A stretch of DNA of 63,629 nucleotides, from positions 1-63,629 of the forward strand of contig JBMYWO010000001.1 in assembly GCA_049607505.1 (NCBI GenBank). The letters are read 5' to 3'. Positions 38,855 through 49,774 of this stretch are shown one piece after another. The stretch comes from Polaribacter sp. GTDB lineage: Bacteria; Bacteroidota; Bacteroidia; Flavobacteriales; Flavobacteriaceae. Numbering within the stretch: the stretch's first letter is position 1; every line of letters begins with the position of its first letter. Below the pieces are notes generated by a model that worked only from the letters and a program-made list of their open reading frames with translations, did not search any database and was not told the origin of the DNA. Both the position numbers and the translations under genes were made by a program.

Positions 38855-39211
38855 AAAATGGTTTTTGATATTTTATGATATTTATTATCTTTAAAAAATA
38901 AATAAAAAGTTTCTTTTGTTTGGGGATATATCTTAATAAACACGATAAAGTTATTGATATAAGGAAGTTGCATTAATTTACGTCCGAAAAAAAACATAAG
39001 TAATTTTCTAAAATATTTTATTGATTTAATAAAAGATAGAATCACTACTTGGGGATTTAAAACGACTCTTTTTATATCTGACTTATTATTTAGGTTTTAG
39101 TTATAATTATTTTTATTACTATGGAGAGTGACTGTTCATTTTAAAAATAATATCAAATTACCATTATAAGAATTTTTCGTATCTTTTTCCAATCAAAAAA
39201 AACTACACAAA

Positions 39212-39673
39212 ATGCCAAATTACAATCTAAAAATTAACGGAAAATCAGTTAGCGTAAATGCTGATGCAGACACACCACTTTTGTGGGTATTACGCGACGA
39301 ACTAAATATGGTAGGAACCAAGTTTGGTTGCGGAATTGCGCAATGTGGCGCATGTACAATTCATGTAGACGGAACCGCCGTAAGAAGTTGTCAATTGCAA
39401 ATTGAAAACGCAACAGATTTTGAAATTACAACGATAGAAGGTTTATCTGAAGATGGAAATCATCCTTTGCAAGAAGCTTGGAAAGAACTTGATGTTCCAC
39501 AATGTGGATATTGTCAAGCAGGACAAATTATGACCGCAGCAGCTTTTTTGGAGGAAAACTCAAATCCTTCACAAGAAGAAATTCGCGAAGCTATGCACGG
39601 AAATTTATGTAGATGTGCTTCGTATAACAGAATAGAAAAAGCAGTGGCTTTGGCTGCCGAAAAAACCTCTTAA
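39212..39673 (+). CDS. (2Fe-2S)-binding subunit of IorA/xanthine dehydrogenase family
   Basis: [26 protein letters not shown]. Confidence 0.93.
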   Translation: MPNYNLKINGKSVSVNADADTPLLWVLRDELNMVGTKFGCGIAQCGACTIHVDGTAVRSCQLQIENATDFEITTIEGLSEDGNHPLQEAWKELDVPQCGYCQAGQIMTAAAFLEENSNPSQEEIREAMHGNLCRCASYNRIEKAVALAAEKTS

Positions 39674-39686
39674 AATAATACAAACT

Positions 39687-41852
39687 ATGAACTCAAATAA
39701 AAATACAATTACAGTTAGTAGAAGAAATTTTTTAAGAACATCTGCTTTAGCAAGTGGAGGAATGCTCATTGGTTTTAATCTGTTTGGTGCTTGCAAACCC
39801 AATGTTGTACCGCCAATAGATATAGAAAGTTTAAACTTTAAAGATTTTAATGCGTTTATTAGAATTGCAGAAAATGGCTATGTAACAATTTTTTCGCCAA
39901 ATCCAGAAATTGGTCAAGGTGTAAAAACTTCTATGCCAATGATTATTGCAGAAGAACTAGGTGTAGATTGGGACAAGGTTCATGTGGTTCAAGGAAAATA
40001 TAATAAGGCAGATTATACACGTCAAGTTGCAGGAGGAAGTCAATCCATTCGTTTTGGATGGGATGCTTTAAGACAAACTGGAGCTACTGCAAAACAAATG
40101 CTGGTCAATGCCGCTGCTAAAAAATGGCAAGTAGAAGCATCTACTTGCAAAGTATCCAAAGGAATGATTACCAATGCAAAAGGAGAAACTTTACAGTATG
40201 GAGACGTGGTTGCAGAAGCTGCAAAATTAGAAGTTCCAGAAAATGTAACTTTAAAAAAACCATCAGAATATAAAATTATTGGTACAGATGCCATTAATGT
40301 TGATCTAGCTAAAATTGTAACAGGAAAACCTTTGTTTGGTTTAGATTACAAAACAGAAGGAATGTTAATTTGCTCTGTATTACGTCCGCCAGCATTTGGT
40401 CAACAACTAGAAAATTTTGATGATAGTGCAGCTAAAAAAGTAAATGGCGTACAAGAAATTGTGAAATTTGGTGACAAAATTGCGGTTTTAGCATCCAATA
40501 CTTGGGCTGCTATGAAAGGTAAAAAAGCCTTAAAAGCTACTTGGAAAAGTGAAGGAAAATTAGAAAGTACCCATTTTCATAATAAAGAACTAGAGAAACT
40601 ATTAGATAGTAAAAAGTTGGATGTTCGCCGTGAAGACGGAAATATTAAAAAAGCATTTTCGCAAGCGGATAAAACAATTGAAAGAACCTATCACTCACCT
40701 TTTTTGCCTCATAATTGTTTAGAACCTATGAATTTCTATGCCAATGTAACCGATGAAAAAGTACATTTAGTAGGTCCTATTCAAACACCACAATGGACAG
40801 CAGGTAGAGTTGCAAAATTATTAAATAGAAAAGAAGAAGAAATTGAATTAGAAATGACAAGAATGGGAGGTGGTTTTGGAAGAAGATTATATGGAGATTT
40901 TGCTTTAGAAGCAGCAGAAGTTTCTTCATTAGTCAAAAAACCTGTAAAAGTAGTTTTTTCTAGAGAAGATGATATGACAGACGGAATTTATCGTCCTGCA
41001 ATTAAATACAGAATAAAAGCATCTATCAAAGATGGAAAAATTACAGGGTATCATTTAAAAGAAGCTGCTATTAATAATAATATGTATGGTTCAATTCCCA
41101 ACTTTTTCCCAGCAGGATGCATTCCAAATTATAAAGTATCTAGTGGTAATTATAAGAGTAAAATTACAACAGGAGCTTGGAGAGCACCTTATACTAATTT
41201 TTTAGCATTTGCAGAACAAAGTTTTTTTGATGAATTGGCGCAAGAATTGGATAAAGACCCTGTAGCATTACGAATTGAATTATTGCAAAACGTAAAAGGA
41301 ACTACAGACAAAAGCATTGAATATTCAGGTCAGCGAATGGAAAATACCATAAAGTTGGCAGCGGAAAAAGGGAATTGGGGGAAAACAGAAGAAGGAGTGT
41401 ATCAAGGATTTTCAGCCTATTACAGTCATAATACACATGTTGCAGAATTGGCAGAAGTTGTTTTAAAAGATGGAATGCTAGTAGTTACAAAAGTTGTAGC
41501 AGCTGTAGATTGCGGCATTGTGGTAAATCCAACAGGAGCCATCAATCAAGTGCAAGGTGGTGTTATTGACGGAATTGGACACGCATTGTATGGCGATTTA
41601 ACTTTTGAAAACGGAAAACCATCTAGCAAAAATTTTGATACGTATCGTTTAATTAGAATGAACGAAACGCCCAAAGTAGAAGTCTATTTTGTTGAAAATG
41701 ATTTATCGCCTACAGGCTTAGGAGAACCAGGATTGCCACCAGCAGGCGGAGCAGTTGCCAATGCAATAAAAGCTGCTACGGGTCAACGATTGTTCAATCA
41801 ACCTTTTATGAAGCATATTCTAGAAAAGAAGAAAGAGAAAATTATGGGATAA
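39687..41852 (+). CDS. Molybdopterin-binding subunit (IorB-like) with Tat signal
   Basis: SRRNFLR Tat motif, EIGQG, GGGFGRR, WRAP, GLGEPG. Confidence 0.92.
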   Translation: MNSNKNTITVSRRNFLRTSALASGGMLIGFNLFGACKPNVVPPIDIESLNFKDFNAFIRIAENGYVTIFSPNPEIGQGVKTSMPMIIAEELGVDWDKVHVVQGKYNKADYTRQVAGGSQSIRFGWDALRQTGATAKQMLVNAAAKKWQVEASTCKVSKGMITNAKGETLQYGDVVAEAAKLEVPENVTLKKPSEYKIIGTDAINVDLAKIVTGKPLFGLDYKTEGMLICSVLRPPAFGQQLENFDDSAAKKVNGVQEIVKFGDKIAVLASNTWAAMKGKKALKATWKSEGKLESTHFHNKELEKLLDSKKLDVRREDGNIKKAFSQADKTIERTYHSPFLPHNCLEPMNFYANVTDEKVHLVGPIQTPQWTAGRVAKLLNRKEEEIELEMTRMGGGFGRRLYGDFALEAAEVSSLVKKPVKVVFSREDDMTDGIYRPAIKYRIKASIKDGKITGYHLKEAAINNNMYGSIPNFFPAGCIPNYKVSSGNYKSKITTGAWRAPYTNFLAFAEQSFFDELAQELDKDPVALRIELLQNVKGTTDKSIEYSGQRMENTIKLAAEKGNWGKTEEGVYQGFSAYYSHNTHVAELAEVVLKDGMLVVTKVVAAVDCGIVVNPTGAINQVQGGVIDGIGHALYGDLTFENGKPSSKNFDTYRLIRMNETPKVEVYFVENDLSPTGLGEPGLPPAGGAVANAIKAATGQRLFNQPFMKHILEKKKEKIMG

Positions 41853-41917
41853 TATTTTTTTCTAGCCCTCTCCACCAACCCTGTTTGTCTCCCTGTAAGC
41901 TAGCCTGCCGGCAGCTA

Positions 41918-42089
41918 CGGTGTACCCACAAATATTGAAACAGAAATATTGAAAAAAACAAAAGAGTGGAAGTAGTTGAAAAACAAGGGTTAATGAATTA
42001 TTACTTCTGGAAAATATTTCAAATACATCAATTTAACACTTGCTTTAACTTAATCGTTATTAGTTAGTTAAAAAGATGTGGGTACACCG
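41918..42089. mobile_element. 172-bp MITE with 13-bp terminal inverted repeats and TA flanks
   Basis: TA-CGGTGTACCCACA ... TGTGGGTACACCG-TA, no ORF; sits in a palindromic site. Confidence 0.75.
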
Positions 42090-42297
42090 TAGCTGACGGC
42101 AGGCAGGGGTCTCACGTAAAGTGAACCACAGCACATAAGATTCCTACGGAATGACAAACTGTGTGGAAAAACAAGAAGTCTCAAATAAGTTTATCTACTT
42201 GTAAACAACATAGAACTCTAATAATTGAAGTAAAATTTAAAAACTATTCATATCAGTCTTTTCCGAGTTTTCATTTAGAAAGGTTCAAAATAGGAAA

Positions 42298-42906
42298 ATG
42301 AAAATAATCTGTATTGGGCGCAATTACGCAAAACATATAGAAGAATTGGCAAATGAAAAACCAGAAAATCCTGTTGTTTTTTTAAAGCCCGATTCGGCTA
42401 TATTGCCAAAGAAAAATCCGTTTTTTATTCCACCATTTTCTAATGATGTGCATTATGAAGTAGAAGTTTTGGTAAAAATCAACAAAGTTGGGAAACATAT
42501 TGCTACAAAATTTGCACATACCTATTATGACGAAATAGGTTTAGGTATTGATTTTACGGCACGCGACCTACAACAAAAATGTAAAGAAAAAGGTTTGCCT
42601 TGGGAAAAAGCAAAAGCTTTTGACGGAAGTGCCGTTGTTGGTACATTTTATCTAAAAGAAAAATTTGATTTTGAAAACACATCATTTCAATTATTAAAAA
42701 ATAATGAGGTTGTTCAAGACGGAAATACCAAGGCTATGTTGTGGAAAATAGACGAATTAATTGCCTATGTATCTCAATATTTCACTCTTAAAAAAGGCGA
42801 TATTATTTTTACAGGAACACCTGAAGGCGTTGGTAAAGTAAAAGAAAATGATATTTTAAAAGGAATTTTAGAAGGGAAAGAAGCCTTTTCTATTCGGGTA
42901 AAATAG
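42298..42906 (+). CDS. Fumarylacetoacetate hydrolase family protein
   Basis: ICIGRNYAKH, HYEVE, DFTARDLQ, GDIIFTGTP. Confidence 0.93.
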   Translation: MKIICIGRNYAKHIEELANEKPENPVVFLKPDSAILPKKNPFFIPPFSNDVHYEVEVLVKINKVGKHIATKFAHTYYDEIGLGIDFTARDLQQKCKEKGLPWEKAKAFDGSAVVGTFYLKEKFDFENTSFQLLKNNEVVQDGNTKAMLWKIDELIAYVSQYFTLKKGDIIFTGTPEGVGKVKENDILKGILEGKEAFSIRVK

Positions 42907-42950
42907 TTTTTTTAGGCTAATTAATTGCATATCAGAACAACGTTCTAAAC

Positions 42951-43646
42951 TCACAAAATTCCTTGGTCAACAAAACTTACATAGTCTTTTTCTGTAATAA
43001 TCAAATGATCAAGAAGTTTTATATCAAGTATTTCACTTGCCTGTTGTATTTTTTTTGTTAATTTCTTGTCTGCATCACTTATTATTAATTTTCCAGACGG
43101 ATGATTATGACAAATAATAATGCCAATGGATAATAATTCCATTGCTTTTTTAAAAAGCATTCTTATATCTACAACAGTACCCGTTAAACCTCCCTTGCTT
43201 AATTGCATCATATTTATAACCCTATTAGAATTATTTAGAAATAAGACCCAAAATTCTTCATGTTGTAAATTCCCAATTTTAGGTTGCATCATTTCATAAA
43301 CAGATTTACTGTCTGCTACCCTTGGTTTTACCAATGCTTGTTCTATTTGAAGTCTTTTTCCGAGTGTTATGGCTGTTATAATTGCAATTGCTTTTGCCTC
43401 GCCAATTCCTTTAAAAGTTGTCAGTTGTTCAATAGGGATTTTAGCAAGTTCATTCAAATTATTATCTACGCTTGCCAAAATACGTTTGCTTAATGCAACG
43501 GCACTTTCTTGTTTATTTCCAGAACCTATTAAAATAGCGATTAACTCTGAATCACTAAGAGAGTGATGCCCTTTGGCAATAAGTTTTTCTCTTGGTCTAT
43601 CATCAATATTCCATTGCGGAATGGGTAGTTTGTATTCTTTTTCCAT
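42951..43646 (-). CDS. radC: RadC-family (JAB domain) protein
   Basis: RPREKL, GIGEAKA, HNHPSG, LLDHLI. Confidence 0.93.
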   Translation of the reverse strand: MEKEYKLPIPQWNIDDRPREKLIAKGHHSLSDSELIAILIGSGNKQESAVALSKRILASVDNNLNELAKIPIEQLTTFKGIGEAKAIAIITAITLGKRLQIEQALVKPRVADSKSVYEMMQPKIGNLQHEEFWVLFLNNSNRVINMMQLSKGGLTGTVVDIRMLFKKAMELLSIGIIICHNHPSGKLIISDADKKLTKKIQQASEILDIKLLDHLIITEKDYVSFVDQGIL

Positions 43647-43795
43647 AGATTAATTTTCAATATATACAATTCAATGAGCAACAATTATTCGTGTTTTTTT
43701 GTGATAATATCTGATTTTATTTAGTAAATTTAGAAAGATGGTTTGGTTTTTAGCTAGTGAAATTACCAAAAATATAAAGAAAAAAATTAATTAAT

Positions 43796-43826
43796 TTTGA
43801 TTTCGTAATTCTTTTAAGTATATTTG
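43796..43826 (+). promoter_or_regulatory. Bacteroidota promoter TTTG-N19-TATATTTG
   Basis: Both elements with canonical spacing; no ORF directly downstream. Confidence 0.65.
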
Positions 43827-43830
43827 TACT

Positions 43831-43895
43831 GTGATGTAAAAGTCACATTCTTTTTCATAGCAATTTTCCCACTCTTTTTTTTAGAGTGGGTTTTT
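43831..43895 (+). ncRNA. Candidate small RNA (about 65 nt)
   Basis: Promoter upstream, 5' hairpin GTGA..TCAC, terminator CCCACTCT/AGAGTGGG-TTTTT. Confidence 0.5.
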
Positions 43896-43985
43896 ATTTG
43901 CACGATTTTTCAGTAGGTGTTTTGTAATTAATTTAGAATTGAATGGTTGTACACTACAAGACATTTTGTAATTTAGCGGTTTTAA

Positions 43986-45287
<1,302 letters not shown>

Positions 45288-45310
45288 GTTTTTAAACTCG
45301 TTTTTTTACC

Positions 45311-45338
45311 AAGCCTCATTTGAATATGAGGCTTTTTT
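45311..45338 (+). terminator. Rho-independent terminator
   Basis: AAGCCTCAT-loop-ATGAGGCTT-TTTT. Confidence 0.8.
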
Positions 45339-45452
45339 ATTATAAGAAAATATTATTTTGTGATGCTAAAAATCTATAATCCATACTTTTAAAATTCTTT
45401 TAAAAATGGTATCTTCGTACAAATTGTTGAATCATAAAAAAACTTAATATAA

Positions 45453-46739
45453 ATGTCAGAAACAGCGAAACTACAAATAGAAAATAGTACCTATGAGTTT
45501 CCTTTAATAAAAGGAACAGAAAATGAAGTAGCCATAAATATAAAAACATTAAGAGGTGCTACGAAAGGAATTGTTACGATTGATCCAGGCTATAAAAACA
45601 CAGGAGCTTGTACAAGTGGTATTACTTTTTTAAATGGCGAACAAGGAATTTTGCGTTATCGAGGATACGCTATTGAAGATTTAGCCGAAAAAGCAGATTT
45701 TTTAGAAGTAGCTTATGCGTTAATTTTTGGAAACTTACCAAATAAAGAACAATTAGATAAGTTTCATTCAGACATTAAAGAAAAAGCTATTGTAGATGAT
45801 GATGTAAAAAAGATTTTAGATGCCTTCCCAAAAACAGCGCATCCAATGGGAGTTCTATCTTCATTAACAAGTGCATTAACAGCTTTTAATCCTAATTCAG
45901 TAAATGTAGATTCTGAGGAAGATATGTATAATTCCATCGTTAAAATTATGGGTAAATTCCCTGTTTTAGTGGCTTGGACTATGCGCAAAAAACAAGGTTT
46001 ACCTTTAAATTATGGATCAACTTCTTTAGGATATGTAGAAAACATTTTACAAATGATGTTTGAAAAACCTAATGAAACGTATAAAATAAATCCTATTGTA
46101 AAAGATGCTTTAGACAAACTATTAATTTTACACGCAGATCATGAGCAAAACTGTTCTACCTCTACAGTCAGAATTGTGGGTTCATCTCATGCAGGATTAT
46201 TTGCATCTCTTTCAGCAGGAATTTCAGCACTTTGGGGACCTTTACACGGTGGTGCAAATCAAGCGGTTTTAGAAATGTTGGAAGCCATTAAAGCAGATGG
46301 AGGAGATACAAAAAAATATATGGCAAAAGCCAAAGATAAAGATGATCCTTTCCGTTTAATGGGTTTTGGACATAGAGTGTATAAAAACTTTGACCCAAGA
46401 GCAAAAATTATTAAAGTAGCTGCTGATGAAGTTTTAAACGATTTGGGAATAGAAGATCCTATTTTAGACATTGCCAAAGGTTTAGCACAAGAAGCATTGA
46501 GTGACGAATATTTTGTAAAAAGAAAATTATATCCAAATGTAGATTTTTATTCAGGAATTATTTATAGAGCTATGGGAATTCCTGTAGAAATGTTTACAGT
46601 GATGTTTGCATTGGGTCGTTTACCGGGTTGGATTGCTCAATGGAAAGAAATGAGAGAGAACAAAGAACCTATAGGGCGTCCACGTCAAATTTATACAGGA
46701 GAAAACTTAAGAGAATTTAAAACTATTGACAAAAGGTAG
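45453..46739 (+). CDS. gltA: Citrate synthase
   Basis: LHADHEQNCST, GPLHGGAN, GFGHRVYK, YPNVDFYSG. Confidence 0.97.
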   Translation: MSETAKLQIENSTYEFPLIKGTENEVAINIKTLRGATKGIVTIDPGYKNTGACTSGITFLNGEQGILRYRGYAIEDLAEKADFLEVAYALIFGNLPNKEQLDKFHSDIKEKAIVDDDVKKILDAFPKTAHPMGVLSSLTSALTAFNPNSVNVDSEEDMYNSIVKIMGKFPVLVAWTMRKKQGLPLNYGSTSLGYVENILQMMFEKPNETYKINPIVKDALDKLLILHADHEQNCSTSTVRIVGSSHAGLFASLSAGISALWGPLHGGANQAVLEMLEAIKADGGDTKKYMAKAKDKDDPFRLMGFGHRVYKNFDPRAKIIKVAADEVLNDLGIEDPILDIAKGLAQEALSDEYFVKRKLYPNVDFYSGIIYRAMGIPVEMFTVMFALGRLPGWIAQWKEMRENKEPIGRPRQIYTGENLREFKTIDKR

Positions 46740-46786
46740 TTGGCAACACAATGTATAACTTGCTAATAAATTATTAAAAAGAAAGA

Positions 46787-47641
46787 GTGAGTGATATAAA
46801 AAAAGAGTTTTTAGATAAATTAATTGATTTCTCTAAAGAATTAACCGAATATGTTTCTGACAAAGTTGGAGATTGGAAAGTTAAAGGATTTATTGATATT
46901 GAGAAAAGTATTTATACTATATCTTCTGACACTAAAATAATATCTAAAATACTAGAAATTCAACTTTTCCCAAAATTTATGAAATTTGCTGAACAAAACG
47001 GATACGAAATTGTACTTGCGGAAATGCAAAATTGGTATCCCGATTTATCATTTGTAAATAAAGCAAATCCAAAAATAAAATTTGCAGTCGACATCAAAAC
47101 TACATATCGATTAGATGATTATGATGGTTTTTGTAGCGGATTTACCCTTGGCTCTCATGGAGAATATTTCAGAACCCGAACAAGTACAAAAAATATTCAA
47201 TTTCCATATGCTGAATATACTTCGCACATTTGTTTAGGTATTTTGTACACTAGAGCATTTTCTACCGATATAGATGAGACAAAAATTTTCGAATTAAATG
47301 AATTAGACAAAATTACTTCAGTAATCAAAAACTTAGTATTCTTTGCAGAAGAAAAATGGAAAATATCAAGCGACAAAGGAGGTAGTGGAAATACAGCAAA
47401 CATTGGAAGTATTCAATACATAGATGATATTCTTAATGGAAATGGTGTTTTTAAAAATCTTGGAGAAAAGATATTTGATGAATATTGGATAAACCAAGGT
47501 GTTCTAAAAGTTCCCGACCCAAAGAAAACAGGTAACTTTAAAAAATTAACAAAACTGACAGAGTTTCTTGAGTTTAAAGGGATGAATTCTGATAAAATAA
47601 ATCCCGTTAGACCAAAACGAAAAAACAATAAAAAGGAGTGA
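46787..47641 (+). CDS. Type II restriction endonuclease, EcoRV family
   Basis: DTKIISKILE, QNWYPD..AVDIKTTY catalytic motif, FTLG, GSGNTANIGS recognition loop as in EcoRV. Confidence 0.88.
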   Translation: MSDIKKEFLDKLIDFSKELTEYVSDKVGDWKVKGFIDIEKSIYTISSDTKIISKILEIQLFPKFMKFAEQNGYEIVLAEMQNWYPDLSFVNKANPKIKFAVDIKTTYRLDDYDGFCSGFTLGSHGEYFRTRTSTKNIQFPYAEYTSHICLGILYTRAFSTDIDETKIFELNELDKITSVIKNLVFFAEEKWKISSDKGGSGNTANIGSIQYIDDILNGNGVFKNLGEKIFDEYWINQGVLKVPDPKKTGNFKKLTKLTEFLEFKGMNSDKINPVRPKRKNNKKE

Positions 47642-48645
47642 AAACTTATGTTCCACCAATAAAATCACAAGGAATTAAGACAAAACTTGTACAATGGATT
47701 TCTTTAAATGCAAAAGAAATTGAATTTGACCGTTGGGTTGAACCATTTATGGGTACTGGCGTTGTTGCCTTCAATATTCAACCTAAACGAGCCTTACTTT
47801 GTGATAGTAATCCTCATTTAATAAAATTTTACAAAGCACTACAAAATAAAAAAATTACGAGTAGAATAGTAAGAGAATTTCTTAATATAGAAGGTGAAAT
47901 ATTATTAAAAACAGAAGGGGCACATTATTATCATGTTAGAAAAAGATTTAATGAAGAGGGTAATCCTTTAGACTTTTTGTTTTTAAGTCGTTCTTGTTTT
48001 AATGGTATGATGCGTTTTAATAAAAAAGGAGGTTATAATGTTCCTTTTTGTAAAAAACCAAATCGTTTCGCTCAACCTTTAGTTACTAAAATAACAAATC
48101 AAGTTGAGAATATTTCTCAAATTATTGAAAGAGGAGATTACGAATTTAAACATCAAGATTTTAATGAAACATTATCAGAATTAAAGAGTACTGATTTAGT
48201 GTATTCTGACCCACCATATATTGGCAGACACGTTGATTATTTTGATAGTTGGACAGAAGAAGAAGAAATTACTTTAAATAATGAATTAGTAAATTCAAAC
48301 AGCAAGTTTATTTTATCTACTTGGTTAAGTAATAAATATAGAACTAACGATTGTGTTTTTTCTGTTTGGAAAGATTGTTTTGTAGCAACTAAAGAACACT
48401 TTTATCACGTTGGCGGAAAAGAGACTAATAGAAATGCTGTTTACGAAGCACTTCTATCAAATATTGAGTTAAAAGATAGTATCACAAATTCAGAAATGAA
48501 ATTTCGAATTAGAAACGATAAATCTCAATTAACCTCTAAACCGAAAGTCTATAGTTTATCTAAACAATTATCTTTAAAATTTGAAGAAAAAATGTGGGCA
48601 ACAAAGATGTATATAAAAAATAGAGAAGTAAGTGCCAAAACTTAA
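47638..48645 (+). CDS. DNA adenine methyltransferase (Dam/M.EcoRV type)
   Basis: PPIKSQGIKTKL, EPFMGTG, FNGMMRFN, DPPY; overlaps the REase stop. Confidence 0.92.
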   Translation: MKTYVPPIKSQGIKTKLVQWISLNAKEIEFDRWVEPFMGTGVVAFNIQPKRALLCDSNPHLIKFYKALQNKKITSRIVREFLNIEGEILLKTEGAHYYHVRKRFNEEGNPLDFLFLSRSCFNGMMRFNKKGGYNVPFCKKPNRFAQPLVTKITNQVENISQIIERGDYEFKHQDFNETLSELKSTDLVYSDPPYIGRHVDYFDSWTEEEEITLNNELVNSNSKFILSTWLSNKYRTNDCVFSVWKDCFVATKEHFYHVGGKETNRNAVYEALLSNIELKDSITNSEMKFRIRNDKSQLTSKPKVYSLSKQLSLKFEEKMWATKMYIKNREVSAKT

Positions 48646-48715
48646 AGTAGAAAAGATACACTATAATTAGAAAAACTGGTGCATAAAAATCGCTACTTTT
48701 CATATATGAGACATT
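48596..48715. repeat. attC-like imperfect inverted repeat at the 3' end of the R-M pair
   Basis: GGGCAAC then GTATATAAAAAATAG ... CTACTTTTCATATAT (12/15 complementary). Confidence 0.5.
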
Positions 48716-48770
48716 CTAAAAATATTCAAAATATATTTCCCTCCGCTTTGGGGAAATTAGGAGAGACTTT

Positions 48771-49685
48771 ATGCTACAATTACATATCAAAAACGAAACT
48801 TCTAGATTACGGTCAGTCATTTTAGGAACAGCCAAGAGCAATGGGTCAGCTCCAAAAGTGGAAGATTGTTACGACCCAAAAAGTAGGCAACATATTATTG
48901 ACGGAACATACCCGAAAGAAGAGAATATGATTCTAGAAATGGAAGCAGTAGCTACCATTTTTAAAAAATATGACGTACAGGTTTTCAGACCTAAAACCAT
49001 TCAAAATTACAATCAGATTTTTTCAAGAGACATTGCTTTTGTAATTGATGATAAATTTGTTAAAGCCAACATTTTACCAGATAGAGAGAAAGAATATCAA
49101 GCAATTAAACACGTACTAGATTTAATTGACCCTTCCAAAATCATAGAATTACCTAAAGAATGTCATGTAGAAGGAGGCGATGTAATGCCTTGGAATGACT
49201 ATATTTTTATAGGTACATATTGTGGAGCAGATTATTCAGATTATATAACAGCAAGAACAAATATAGACGCTCTAATTGCTTTACAAGAATTGTTTCCAAA
49301 TAAAATTGTAAAACCTTTTGAGTTAAGAAAATCAAATACAAATGCTAAAGAAAATGCCTTACATTTAGATTGCTGTTTTCAACCCATTGGGAAAGACAAA
49401 GCAATATTGCATAAAAACGGATTTTTAGTAGAAAGTGAATATGAATGGTTACTAAATTTCTTTGGCAAAGAAAATGTGTTTGAAATTACCAAAGAAGAAA
49501 TGTACAATATGAATAGCAATGTGTTTTCTATTTCTGAAAAAGTAATTATTTCCGAAAAAAACTTTACACGCTTAAACACTTGGTTAAAAAAAGAAGGTTT
49601 TACGGTTGAAGAAGTTTCATACACAGAAATAGCCAAGCAAGAAGGTTTGTTACGATGTTCTACAATGCCTTTGATTCGAGATTAA
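48771..49685 (+). CDS. Amidinotransferase / dimethylarginine dimethylaminohydrolase family protein
   Basis: QIFSRD, EGGD, LHLDC, GLLRCSTMPL. Confidence 0.88.
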   Translation: MLQLHIKNETSRLRSVILGTAKSNGSAPKVEDCYDPKSRQHIIDGTYPKEENMILEMEAVATIFKKYDVQVFRPKTIQNYNQIFSRDIAFVIDDKFVKANILPDREKEYQAIKHVLDLIDPSKIIELPKECHVEGGDVMPWNDYIFIGTYCGADYSDYITARTNIDALIALQELFPNKIVKPFELRKSNTNAKENALHLDCCFQPIGKDKAILHKNGFLVESEYEWLLNFFGKENVFEITKEEMYNMNSNVFSISEKVIISEKNFTRLNTWLKKEGFTVEEVSYTEIAKQEGLLRCSTMPLIRD

Positions 49686-49774
49686 GTGGGGTTTGCTGAA
49701 AAACCACAAGTATCTGATTTAGCATAGTCTTTTTTATTACCTCTATAAATAACATAGACCCAAAAAGTTCATCT

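Noticed and set aside
38812-39045. 77-aa ORF in the SSS-iorA intergenic region
   Set aside because: Low-complexity F/K/I-rich translation of AT-rich DNA overlapping the symporter end.
42951-43646. radC as a marker of a mobile element
   Set aside because: Full-length chromosomal form among housekeeping genes; no integrase or att sites.
43830-43847. CRP site TGTGA...TCACA
   Set aside because: Spacer is 8 nt rather than 6; better explained as the 5' hairpin of the candidate RNA.
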